DNA from: Phycisphaerales bacterium
GTDB taxonomy: Bacteria; Planctomycetota; Phycisphaerae; Phycisphaerales; SM1A02
Assembly (NCBI GenBank): GCA_038318935.1
Contig: JBBQCR010000001.1
Coordinates: 1 to 31,599, forward strand
DNA length: 31,599 nt
Direction of reading: 5' to 3'
Made by a program: the position numbers and the translations under genes. Shown here piece after piece: positions 1 through 9,036 of this stretch. Each line of letters begins with the position of its first letter. Position 1 is the stretch's first letter. Below the pieces are notes generated by a model. The model saw nothing but the letters and a program-made list of their open reading frames with translations. It did not search any database and was not told the origin of the DNA.

Positions 1-1
1 C

Positions 2-670
2 AACGAGATCGCCGCCGGCATCCGCATCGCGCTTGCTCCACGCGGTGTTGCTCACGTTGAAGTCCCATCGGTCCGCCGCATGATCGAAGGCGGTGCGTTT
101 GACACCATCTACCACGAACACCGCTGCTACTTCTCCGCTGCGGCGCTGCAGTCGCTCTTCCATCGGCATGGCCTGCGCATGATCGGCGCGGAGATCCTCG
201 AGATCCATGGCGGTTCGCTCCACGTGCGGCTGGCCCACGAAGGCGACGAATCGCAGGCCGACGCGATGGTGCGGGACGAGCGGGCGGCCGGTCTCTTCGA
301 CGATCGGTTCTATGCAGACTTCAAGGCTCGCGTGGCACGTGCGAAATCGGAGGTCGTCGGTGCCATCGACTCGTTCGGAACCGTCGCGGGATACGGCGCC
401 GCCGCCAAGGGTGTCGTACTCCTCAACTCGTTCGGTCTCGACGCGGAACGGATCCCCTGGGTCTCCGATGTCAGTCCACACAAACAGGGCCGATTCGTTC
501 CGGGCACTCGGCAACGGATCGTCGCACCGAGCGCGTTGCTTGAAGCCAAGCCTGACGCTGCCCTTCTTTTGCCCTGGAATCTGAAGGACGAGATCGTCCG
601 CATGAACAGGGCCTTTCTTGACCAAGGCGGCCGATTCATCGTGCCGATACCGAAGGTGGTGATCGTGTGA
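2..670 (+). CDS. NDP-hexose C3-methyltransferase (TcaB9/KijD1-like; Methyltransf_14-type C-terminus), 5'-truncated by the window edge
   Basis: The frame is open from base 2 (NEIAAGIRIALAPRGVAHVEVPSVRRMIEGGAFDTIYHEH). It carries the DTIYHEH motif, GYGAAAKG, DxSPHKQGRFVPGT and LLLPWNLKDEI, all typical of sugar C-methyltransferases. Confidence 0.9.
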   Translation, partial: NEIAAGIRIALAPRGVAHVEVPSVRRMIEGGAFDTIYHEHRCYFSAAALQSLFHRHGLRMIGAEILEIHGGSLHVRLAHEGDESQADAMVRDERAAGLFDDRFYADFKARVARAKSEVVGAIDSFGTVAGYGAAAKGVVLLNSFGLDAERIPWVSDVSPHKQGRFVPGTRQRIVAPSALLEAKPDAALLLPWNLKDEIVRMNRAFLDQGGRFIVPIPKVVIV

Positions 671-1209
671 CAACGCTGACCGGCACATCCATCCCTGTGG
701 TGACCTCCAACCCCAATTCCATGGCCAATTCCGGGGCCAATTCCGGGGCCAGTTCGATCGATGGCGTTCTTGTAGTTCCGCTGAAGCGCATCCCCGACGA
801 ACGCGGCACGGTGCTCCACATGCTGCGGGCCGATGATCCGCACTTCAAGGGCTTCGGCGAGATCTACTTCTCGACGGTGTACCAGCGCATCGTCAAGGGT
901 TGGCATCGTCACCGGGAAATGACCCTCAACTACGCCTGCGTCGCAGGTCGCATCAAGCTGGTGATGTTCGACGATCGCCCCAACTCGCCGACGCGCGGCG
1001 CATTGATGGAACGCTTCCTCGGACCGGACGATTACAGCCTCGTCCAGATTCCCCCGGGCGTCTGGAACGGCTTCAAAGGCATGAGCGAACCGGTGGCGAT
1101 CGTCGCGAACTGCTGCACCCACGCCCACGATCCGCTTGCGAATCGCAGCGAGCGCCTGGATCCTTTCAGCAACCACATTCCGTACGACTGGCAGGAGAAG
1201 TGCCATTGA
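667..1209 (+). CDS. rfbC: dTDP-4-dehydrorhamnose 3,5-epimerase family (RmlC/RfbC cupin)
   Basis: Motifs DERG, GEIYFS, VKGWHRH, GRIKLVMFDDRPNSPT, VQIPPGVWNGF. The GTG start overlaps the upstream TGA (GTGA). The true start could be later, since the N-terminus is a repeat. Confidence 0.85.
   Translation: MTTLTGTSIPVVTSNPNSMANSGANSGASSIDGVLVVPLKRIPDERGTVLHMLRADDPHFKGFGEIYFSTVYQRIVKGWHRHREMTLNYACVAGRIKLVMFDDRPNSPTRGALMERFLGPDDYSLVQIPPGVWNGFKGMSEPVAIVANCCTHAHDPLANRSERLDPFSNHIPYDWQEKCH
709..756 (+). repeat. Four imperfect 12-bp tandem units with core CCAATTCC, in frame in the rfbC N-terminus
   Basis: aaccccaattcc atggccaattcc ggggccaattcc ggggccagttcg, encoding NPNS-MANS-GANS-GASS. Confidence 0.85.
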
Positions 1210-2123
1210 GCGAGCGATCGCCATGCGTGATGGTCACCGGCGCTGCGGGCTTCATTGGCTCGCGCATCGTTCGGCGGCTCTCCGTTGGTGGTGGAACAGT
1301 GATCGGTGTGGTCCGCTCGCTGGACCCCGTTCGACTCGCTCGATTGCATGCGGCCCTTGGCCGCGATCACGACGACATTCGGATCGTCGCCTGCAATCTG
1401 CATGATCCCGCGGCGACGGCGACCCTCATCGCGGAGTATCGCCCCGATCGTTGCGTGCACGCGGCGTGGGAAGTCAACCCGGCAACCTATCGCGATGATC
1501 CGGCGAACGACCACTGGGTTGGGACGACGCTTCGCCTCGCAAGCCTGCTGCGAAGTAACGGCTGCACGTGGATGGGCGTCCTCGGCACTTGCATCGAGCC
1601 ACACGACGATGCGTCGCCGAGTTGCCGGTATGCCGCGGCGAAGTCGTCGCTGATGCGGTCGCTGGTCACCGAGTGTGCAAGTGACCCCCGACTTGCTCTT
1701 TGCTGGTGGCGCGTCTTCCAGCCCTACGGACCGGGCGAAGCGGCATCGCGACTCCTGCCATCAATCGCACGGGCACTTGCCGCTGGTGACTCCTTCACCG
1801 TCAACGCACCCGACGACGTGCGCGACTTCATCCATGTCGACGACATCGCCGATGCAATTGCATGCAGCATCCGAGAGGAGACGCGTGGAACGTTTGAGCT
1901 CGGCACGGGACTTGGCACGTCGCTCGCCTCCGTGGCATGTCGCATCGCCACGATCCTGGGCGCATCCGACGCGGTAGAGCTTCGCGAAGCGACAACGGCA
2001 AGCACGCTCGTTGCCGATCCTCGCCCGCTGATTCGGGCCACGCAGTGGGCACCTCGCATCTCACTCGACGCCGGACTTCGCGAACTCGTCGGCCGTCAAC
2101 GACAGAGCGCGGAGGCTGCATGA
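1206..2123 (+). CDS. NAD-dependent epimerase/dehydratase/4-ketoreductase (extended SDR)
   Basis: VMVTGAAGFIG, HAAW, YAAAK (YxxxK), RVFQPYGPGE, RDFIHVDDIA. A TTG start at 1206 overlapping the rfbC stop is preferred over the track start at 900; GTG 1227 or ATG 1230 are alternatives. Confidence 0.85.
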   Translation: MSERSPCVMVTGAAGFIGSRIVRRLSVGGGTVIGVVRSLDPVRLARLHAALGRDHDDIRIVACNLHDPAATATLIAEYRPDRCVHAAWEVNPATYRDDPANDHWVGTTLRLASLLRSNGCTWMGVLGTCIEPHDDASPSCRYAAAKSSLMRSLVTECASDPRLALCWWRVFQPYGPGEAASRLLPSIARALAAGDSFTVNAPDDVRDFIHVDDIADAIACSIREETRGTFELGTGLGTSLASVACRIATILGASDAVELREATTASTLVADPRPLIRATQWAPRISLDAGLRELVGRQRQSAEAA

Positions 2124-3316
2124 CCGTCCTCTGTCCGCTCTGTGCATCGTCGCACTTGGAACTGGTACTTCGGGCGAGTGACCAACCACTCCTGCTCAAT
2201 CACCTCTGTTCGACGCGAGTCGACGCGTTGGCGGCACCTCGCGGCGATCTTGAGTTTCATGGCTGCCTCGAATGCGGATTCGTCCACAACGCCGCGTTTG
2301 ACCCTGATGCAGTGCGATACGAACCGGGGTACGTCAACGATCAATCGCATTCGGGCGTCTTTCGGAGCCATCTCGATCGGGTGTCCGCTCGACTCGCGCG
2401 GCTCATCGACGGCGCACCGGGCGCGATCATCGAAGTGGGCTGCGGACAGGGCGATCTCCTGCGCGAGCTGTGCCTCCGAACAGGCCGGACTGGAATCGGC
2501 TTTGACCCGGCACTCCGCGCTTCAGCGCAGATCGCGCCCTCAGTCGAGGTCCGCGCTGCACGATTCGACGAACACTCGCTCGACCAGACGCACGCCCCGA
2601 TCGCTCTCTTGTTCTGTCGCCACGTCCTTGAGCATCTGCCCGAACCTGTCGCAATGATGCGGACGATGACCGCATCGATCGCCGATCACCCTCAGGCATC
2701 GCTCTACCTCGAAGTACCGACGTTTGAGTGGATCGCCGAGCATCGCGCCTTCTACGACCTCTTCAACGAACACTGCTCGCTCTTCAGCGCCGCGTCGATG
2801 ACGTACGCGCTGCAATCGACCTGCTGTCCGAGCAGCACAGTCGAGCACGTCTTCGACGGCCAGTATCTCACCGCGACCATGCGCCGCGGCGGCAGCGAGG
2901 CCGGATCGCGACTGACGCGTCCGCTTGATTTCGCCGCCGTGAGACGACACCTCGCTGACGAAAAGAATCGCTGGCATACGCGCTTCGAGGAGCTGCTGGA
3001 CGTGGGCCCCGTCGTCGTCTGGGGCGGCGCAGCCAAGGGGGTGAGCGTCGTGAATCACCTCGGCCTTGACCATCGTCGTCTTCCGCACATCATCGACATC
3101 AACCCCGGCAAACAGGGACGATTCGTCCCAGTCACCGGCCAACGGATCATCGCTCCGAACGAGCTCGCGAGCGTCCTCGCGACAGGCTCGACCCCCACGG
3201 TGGTGATCATGAATCCCAACTATGAACACGAGATTGCGCGACAGCTCGTCAGCCTCGGCATCGCCGCCCGCATCGAAGTCATCAGCGGGAGTGTGCCCCT
3301 TGCAGTTCAGCGTTGA
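2120..3316 (+). CDS. Second NDP-sugar C-methyltransferase-like class I SAM methyltransferase with N-terminal Zn-binding cysteines
   Basis: CPLC...CLECG, IIEVGCGQG, RHVLEH, LYLEVP, FNEH, WGGAAKG, DINPGKQGRFVPVTG, IMNPNYEHEI. ATGA overlap at 2120-2123 with GGAGG at 2111. Confidence 0.85.
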   Translation: MTVLCPLCASSHLELVLRASDQPLLLNHLCSTRVDALAAPRGDLEFHGCLECGFVHNAAFDPDAVRYEPGYVNDQSHSGVFRSHLDRVSARLARLIDGAPGAIIEVGCGQGDLLRELCLRTGRTGIGFDPALRASAQIAPSVEVRAARFDEHSLDQTHAPIALLFCRHVLEHLPEPVAMMRTMTASIADHPQASLYLEVPTFEWIAEHRAFYDLFNEHCSLFSAASMTYALQSTCCPSSTVEHVFDGQYLTATMRRGGSEAGSRLTRPLDFAAVRRHLADEKNRWHTRFEELLDVGPVVVWGGAAKGVSVVNHLGLDHRRLPHIIDINPGKQGRFVPVTGQRIIAPNELASVLATGSTPTVVIMNPNYEHEIARQLVSLGIAARIEVISGSVPLAVQR

Positions 3317-4073
3317 CACGAGCACCTGGACGATCACGACCAATGAGGGTCGTACGCTCTCGTGGTTCGACGACGAAGGCTTCCGTCTGCTCAGCGACTG
3401 CTGGCTGGCCGCGTCTTGGCAGCGCAAGTACAGCTATCAGTTCCGCTGGCTGGGGCGCCCGATCATCCAGTTGCCGACGGACATCATGATGATGCAGGAC
3501 CTGATCCAGCGGATCCGTCCGACGCTCATCATCGAGACCGGCATCGCCCACGGCGGTTCGGCGGTGCTGCACGCGTCGCTCTTGCGACTTGTGCACGGGA
3601 CGGTCGATGCGACGGCGAGTCGGCCACACGTCGTCGCCATCGACATCGAGATTCGCTCCCACAACCGCGCTCCGATCGATGCCCATCCGATGCGGTCGAT
3701 GATGACCCTGATCGAAGGCAGTTCGACCAGCCCCGAGGTCGTCGCACAGGCCAAGGCGGCGATCAGATCCGATGACGTCGTGCTGGTGGTCCTCGATTCC
3801 AATCACCTGCGCGACCATGTCCTCGCTGAACTGAACGCCTACGCGCCCATGGTCACTCCGGGAAGCGCCGTGGTGGTCATGGACGGCGTGATGCAGCAGC
3901 TTGCCGGTCTTCCCGACGCCGATCGTTCCTGGTCCACCGACAATCCGATCAGCGCGATGAGCTCGTTCCGCGACACTCCGCTCGGAAAGCAGTTCGAGGT
4001 CGACCGCTCCTACGACGGTTTCGCCTGCACGCACTCGCCCAGTGGCATTCTCCTTCGCCACTCAGGCACGTGA
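3300..4073 (+). CDS. Cephalosporin hydroxylase (CmcI) family / rhamnosyl O-methyltransferase-like protein
   Basis: YSYQFRWLGRPIIQLPTD, IIETGIAHGGS, IDIEIR, LIEGSS, VVLDSNH, YAPMVTPGS. A TTG start at 3300 (MQFSVDT) is chosen; GTG 3291 is possible. Confidence 0.85.
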   Translation: MQFSVDTSTWTITTNEGRTLSWFDDEGFRLLSDCWLAASWQRKYSYQFRWLGRPIIQLPTDIMMMQDLIQRIRPTLIIETGIAHGGSAVLHASLLRLVHGTVDATASRPHVVAIDIEIRSHNRAPIDAHPMRSMMTLIEGSSTSPEVVAQAKAAIRSDDVVLVVLDSNHLRDHVLAELNAYAPMVTPGSAVVVMDGVMQQLAGLPDADRSWSTDNPISAMSSFRDTPLGKQFEVDRSYDGFACTHSPSGILLRHSGT

Positions 4074-4079
4074 TCTCCG

Positions 4080-5465
4080 ATGCCCAAGCCGCGACTCACC
4101 ATCGGACTCGTGGTGCGCAACGGTGCTCAGCATCTGCGTGCCGCCGCGACCTCCTTGCTCGAGCAGACGTTTCGTGATTTCGAACTTGTCGTCTATGACA
4201 ACGCCTCGACCGACGATACGCCCCGCATCGCGGCCGACCTGGCGGCAGGCGACCGTCGCGTGCGCGTGGTTCGCCACCCGACGAACATCGGCGCACTGGG
4301 CAATCTGATTGTCGCCGCCGAAGAGGTCCGTACTCCCCTCTTCTGCTGGGCGGCGCACGACGATGTGCGCGAGCCGACATTCCTCGCGAGCCTCGTCCGC
4401 CTGCTCGACGAGCATCCTTCCGCCGGACTCGCGTGTTGCGCGATGCGGCACATGGATCCCAACGGCACTCCCGGATCGATCCGCGCCGACACCTTTTCGC
4501 TTCGCACCAGCAACGGAATGACGGTGACAGAGCGCTTGTGCATGTACCTCAAGGACGCGCCGGGTACGCCGTTCTACGGCGTCTTCCGCACCAGTGCCGC
4601 GCAGGCCTCGCTCGACGTACTTCGTCGCGATGGACTGCTCGATGGCGTGCCGCTTCTCGGTATCGACATGCTGTACCTCGCCGATGTGACTCGCCGGAAC
4701 GACCTCGCGGTCACCGACGAGCCGCTGATGTTCTTCCGGCACGGCGGCTGGAGCCACCGTCGCGACGTCTATGGAACCTTGCCCGTCTATCTGCGCCATG
4801 TCCGGGGACTGATCCGCGGACTGCGACGAGCCTCGACCGACTCCTCATCGACGCCGCTCGATCGTGTTCGTCTGTCGCTGGCCCGCACCCGCTGCCTGAC
4901 CCGCTACTTCCTCGCCGGTCCCATGCGGCGCATGACCTGGCACTACGTCGCTGAAGCCATGCCTCCGCTTCGGGCGTTCGAATCGTGGATCGCCGCTCGC
5001 ATCGAGCCAGCACTGCGACGATTGCGACAGCGAGTAGCGGAACTGCCACAGGGCTCGCACGTCGCGATCTTCGGCGCCGGCAAGCACACTCGTCGGCGAC
5101 TTGAGGCGATTCGCATGGCCATCGGCGCACGGGCAAGAATCGTTGCGATCTTCGATGACGCGCCGTCCGCAAGCGTGACATCCATCGAAGGCATTCCCGT
5201 CCTCGCCTCCTCCGCACTGGCCACGCAGCGGCCTGACGTACTTCTGGTCTCCAGCGACACCTACGAGGCGGCGATGCTCGATCGCGCACGATCGCTCGCA
5301 CCAGCAGTTGCCGTCTGGGCCCTCTACGATGTCGCGCTGGAGAGTACGGATGCCGCGCGTTCTTCCGCCTCGATCGACGCGACAAACGCATCTAGCCGAT
5401 CGAGCCCGTCGTTGTCCGCGGGTGCGGCAGGCGCTGGTAAGGCTTCAATGAACGCGACGCGCTGA
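4080..5465 (+). CDS. Glycosyltransferase family 2 with a C-terminal Rossmann-like accessory domain
   Basis: IGLVVRNG, FELVVYDNASTD, NIGALGN, WAAHDD. The C-terminal part has VAIFGAGKHT...IVAIFDD...IEGIPV...PDVLLVSS. Confidence 0.85.
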   Translation: MPKPRLTIGLVVRNGAQHLRAAATSLLEQTFRDFELVVYDNASTDDTPRIAADLAAGDRRVRVVRHPTNIGALGNLIVAAEEVRTPLFCWAAHDDVREPTFLASLVRLLDEHPSAGLACCAMRHMDPNGTPGSIRADTFSLRTSNGMTVTERLCMYLKDAPGTPFYGVFRTSAAQASLDVLRRDGLLDGVPLLGIDMLYLADVTRRNDLAVTDEPLMFFRHGGWSHRRDVYGTLPVYLRHVRGLIRGLRRASTDSSSTPLDRVRLSLARTRCLTRYFLAGPMRRMTWHYVAEAMPPLRAFESWIAARIEPALRRLRQRVAELPQGSHVAIFGAGKHTRRRLEAIRMAIGARARIVAIFDDAPSASVTSIEGIPVLASSALATQRPDVLLVSSDTYEAAMLDRARSLAPAVAVWALYDVALESTDAARSSASIDATNASSRSSPSLSAGAAGAGKASMNATR

Positions 5466-6601
5466 CGAAGATGTTCGGCTGCGGAGCAGGTTCGCAGCAT
5501 CGTGGCGCGAGCTGCGATCGCAATCGCGGCGCTGCGTCGTGGACTCTCCAGCACCGCGATCTGGGCGGCAGCCAGGGCCTCAACGTCATCGACAGGAACT
5601 CGCTCAAGACCACTGACGTGCTCCGCGATTCCAACCCCGTCGCTGACGATGATGGGCGTCCCGCGATCGAGGGCCTCGGCCGCCACGAACGAAAAACTCT
5701 CGAAGCGGCTCGGCACGACGACGAGCGATGCCCGATCCATCCGTGCCACGACTTCGGCATGCGGTAACGCTCCGACGATGTGGAATCGGTCGCGATAGTC
5801 ACGATCGACGAGTTGTTTCGTGAACGCCGCCATGCTCGTTCCGTCGGGCCCGGTCGGCGTGTCCATCCCGATGAGGAACGCGTGAGCCCGCGGTCGAGTG
5901 CGCAGAACGCGATTGCAGCTTCGCGCCCACACGTCGACCCCCTTCCTCGGTTGGACGGCGCCGACAAGCAGAATGCTCTCGTCTCGCTCCGCGGTCGACG
6001 GCGCATCGTCGCCGGCGCGAATCGGATAGGGAACTCTCCAAGGCGCCTGCCGAGTCTCCAGGTATTTCCCCAGCAGGTGTGACGTGCAGAGCACTCCATC
6101 GGCCGCGGCAAGTGCCTCTCGCTCCCACGCGTGATAGATGACTCGGCCGAAGCGACTCTGATCCGCGGATTGAATCGACTCCTCGAGGAACATCGGCGTG
6201 TGCGCGTGCACCACCATGGGAGTTGTGCCGACGTGCTGTCGCACGCGACTGCTCGTGAGTGATGCAAAACCCTCAGCCTGACAATCGACGAACTCGATCG
6301 CATCGAATGTCCTCGGCAACGTGAGCAGACGACGCGCGACCGCCCGGGACCAGAGCGCATAGCGATAGGGACGAATGCGCTCGATCCGCCGCAACGTCGG
6401 TATCCGGGCCGCAAATTTGTCGGTCATGTCCTCGGTGGTGATCGCATGGATCGTTGCCCCGCGAGGCAGTCGGTCCGATGGCCGGGTGATGAGGTCGACC
6501 GTCCAGCCCGCTTCGATCGCGGCATCGACGAAGCACGCGACGTACGTACCGATGCCGCCATGCGTCGGATGATGCTGAGCACTCGCGAGAAGCCAGCGCA
6601 T
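5324..6601 (-). CDS. Glycosyltransferase family 4 (GT-B)
   Basis: GGIGTY, VVHAHTP, LVGAVQPRKG, VVVPSRFESFSFVAAEAL, GTPIIVSD. The ATG at 6601 overlaps the upstream stop (TGATG), so it is preferred to the track start at 6715. Confidence 0.9.
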   Translation of the reverse strand: MRWLLASAQHHPTHGGIGTYVACFVDAAIEAGWTVDLITRPSDRLPRGATIHAITTEDMTDKFAARIPTLRRIERIRPYRYALWSRAVARRLLTLPRTFDAIEFVDCQAEGFASLTSSRVRQHVGTTPMVVHAHTPMFLEESIQSADQSRFGRVIYHAWEREALAAADGVLCTSHLLGKYLETRQAPWRVPYPIRAGDDAPSTAERDESILLVGAVQPRKGVDVWARSCNRVLRTRPRAHAFLIGMDTPTGPDGTSMAAFTKQLVDRDYRDRFHIVGALPHAEVVARMDRASLVVVPSRFESFSFVAAEALDRGTPIIVSDGVGIAEHVSGLERVPVDDVEALAAAQIAVLESPRRSAAIAIAARATMLRTCSAAEHLRQRVAFIEALPAPAAPADNDGLDRLDAFVASIEAEERAASVLSSATS

Positions 6602-9036
6602 CAGGCCGCCGATCCCTGTCGTGGTCGGCCTGCGCCGCCAAATGCCATGAGCATCCGTTCGACAAGACCGTCGTAGGTGTCGTGTTGGAGAACCGATGCC
6701 CGCATCGGCTCGCACAGCGCGCGACGAGCCCGAGGATCTTCCAGGAGTTGATCGAGGAGAGTGTGCAGTTGTGCAGCATTGCGAAACGTCGATCGCTCGA
6801 AGCCCGGCAGATCTGCGGCGACGCGTTCCGGCAGCAGCCGCATGTCCCGCAGGGTCTCGAAGAGCCCGGTATCAGTCCGTAGTTCCGGGATGTCATTGCC
6901 CGCGCGAAGGACTGCGACGTGCGCAGCGCGCCTTGGATCGCCGAGCAGTCGAATTTGTACGCTCACCAGTCGTTCCGCTTCGCAACATGCCACGTCGAAG
7001 GCTGCGTCCTCTTCGCGATGACGGACGAGCTCCGCGAGGCTGGTGAAGCAGCGCTCTTCAATGCGCTCGCGAATTCGCAGGAACGGCGCACGGAGAAAGT
7101 CCGCCGGGTTCCATCGCGACAGCATGCAGCCACCGCACGCCAGACCGTCCAGCAGTCGTTGATGAAGCGAGCTGTAGCCGTTCACCTGCAGACTGATCGC
7201 CGAGGCCTGATAGACCGCTCGCAGCTCACGCCCGTTGGCGACTTGCCCCGCAGCGAATTGGCTGAACTCGGGGTGCCGAACCCAACCGCTCCCGTACAGG
7301 CGGAATCTCCGTCCGCGCTGTCGAGCCCACGCGGCGGTCCAGGCGATCGCTTCGTGCCGATAGACACGGTCGTAGATCCTTGCGAGCTGGGGATAGATGC
7401 GCGACCGACGGAACTCCGGCGTCAGCGGCGTCAATCGCACGGTGGCTTCCGCCTCAAGCATCCGCTCGACGAGGTGTTGGCTGTTGAGCCAGCCATCGCT
7501 CGCGAGTTGTGTTCGGATCAGCCCGAGAAACGCCTGGCACAGGCGTGTGAACTCTGCCGGTGTCCCCGCGCAGATCAGAGCCAGCAGCTCCTCGGGCGAT
7601 TCCGATCCGTGGCTGACGAACGACACGTCGCAACGATGCGGCTCCAGCTCCGATTCGGGCAATCGCACATTCGAATAGGTCTCGGCGTCGGTCAAGTTGT
7701 TCGTGCCGATGCACCGCGCGATCGGATAGCCGTAGAGCGATTCAAGCACATGCGGAGCGTGCGTCACCACCAGATCCAACGCTCCCACCGATGCGCCGGC
7801 ATCCTTCGAGCACAGCCGATCCATGTGATCCTGCATCCAGCAGACATACGGAAGGTTGGCCGGAATTGCGTCCTGAAACTCACAACGGAGATGATTGATG
7901 ACCACCACACCGTCGCACTCCGCAGCAGCAAGCGCCGATCGGATATCGACCGTCGGCACATGCTCGTTGGCTTCCTTCACTAGCTCAAAGGTACAACCTC
8001 GGCGACGGAACGCCGCCGCCAGATCCCCCATCGCGTGCTGGATGACCGACGAGAATCGGGTCGTGAAACCCAAGAGGCGAAGCGGCGTTCCGCCGGAGGT
8101 TGCCTCGGCGTAGCGATGTTTCCACCATCCGACCGAGCGCTGCGCGTACCGACAACGAAGGAGTTCCGTGAGGCGATCCTGCTTTGAACGCATCGCGGCG
8201 TGCAGCGGCGCGTAGAAGGCGGTGTCGATCGCTGGCGGCGTCCAGCCTGGGCGGCGGTTGGTGATGGTGTGGCTCGCCGGTGCACGCCACGGATGATCGG
8301 CGAGGAACAATCGGTAGCGATTGACGAGGTCATCCCCGACGAGGCAGGTGACGCGACCGCTTACGAGATCCGAAGCATCGTCCAGCAGCGCCAGCCAGAT
8401 GCTGAAGAGTTCGACGTCGGATTCCAACACGTCGATCGTCGCCGCGTATCCAGCGGGATCGCGCTGCGTGAGGAGCCTTGCAAAGAGTTGCGGAGTCGGA
8501 GTGCCGAGCAGACTGAAGGAACTGGTCGGTGTGAAGGGCGGAAGCGCGATGGATGCGGCGCGGGCGGCGTGATCCGCGAGTGGAACGACGAGATCGATCT
8601 TGCGGTCGGCGCGATCGCGAACGATCTGGTGATTGCCCTTGATGCTACGGAAGACATGCAGTCTTTCCGGAAGCGAGGATGGCAGCGAGGAGAGCGAGGG
8701 TACCGTGCGAACCAGCACCGCACGTCGCTCTGCGTAGCGCGAGCGAAGGGTCGCTGCTGGGATCTCCCCGGACGGCAGTCTCGAAAGCTGCTGCGCAAGC
8801 CCCGCAAGCTGCGGATCGGCAAGCAGTCCATCGACCGCGTTCAGGACGCGGAGCGCAAGACCGCTCAACCCGATCCGCACCATCGCCCGAATCATCGCGA
8901 GGAGAACCGGCAGATCCCCCGCATCAGCAATCCGAACGTACGCAGACTCGATCGCTGATTCGGGATCGGCTCCGTTCAGCGCTGCGCTGATCGCTGCGAG
9001 ATCCGTCGCGTCCCGATCGGCGAGCGTCGCGCTCAT
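6601..9036 (-). CDS. 811-aa CgeB/Glyco_trans_1_2-like glycosyltransferase with a Maf-like N-terminal region
   Basis: The C-terminal half has PYVCWMQD, CDVSFVSHGS, FRLYGSGW, YQASAISLQVN and RLLDGLACGG. The N-terminal half has FRSIKGN and IDVLESDVELF...RVTCLVG, recalling Maf proteins. ATGA overlap at 9033-9036. Confidence 0.6.
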   Translation of the reverse strand: MSATLADRDATDLAAISAALNGADPESAIESAYVRIADAGDLPVLLAMIRAMVRIGLSGLALRVLNAVDGLLADPQLAGLAQQLSRLPSGEIPAATLRSRYAERRAVLVRTVPSLSSLPSSLPERLHVFRSIKGNHQIVRDRADRKIDLVVPLADHAARAASIALPPFTPTSSFSLLGTPTPQLFARLLTQRDPAGYAATIDVLESDVELFSIWLALLDDASDLVSGRVTCLVGDDLVNRYRLFLADHPWRAPASHTITNRRPGWTPPAIDTAFYAPLHAAMRSKQDRLTELLRCRYAQRSVGWWKHRYAEATSGGTPLRLLGFTTRFSSVIQHAMGDLAAAFRRRGCTFELVKEANEHVPTVDIRSALAAAECDGVVVINHLRCEFQDAIPANLPYVCWMQDHMDRLCSKDAGASVGALDLVVTHAPHVLESLYGYPIARCIGTNNLTDAETYSNVRLPESELEPHRCDVSFVSHGSESPEELLALICAGTPAEFTRLCQAFLGLIRTQLASDGWLNSQHLVERMLEAEATVRLTPLTPEFRRSRIYPQLARIYDRVYRHEAIAWTAAWARQRGRRFRLYGSGWVRHPEFSQFAAGQVANGRELRAVYQASAISLQVNGYSSLHQRLLDGLACGGCMLSRWNPADFLRAPFLRIRERIEERCFTSLAELVRHREEDAAFDVACCEAERLVSVQIRLLGDPRRAAHVAVLRAGNDIPELRTDTGLFETLRDMRLLPERVAADLPGFERSTFRNAAQLHTLLDQLLEDPRARRALCEPMRASVLQHDTYDGLVERMLMAFGGAGRPRQGSAA

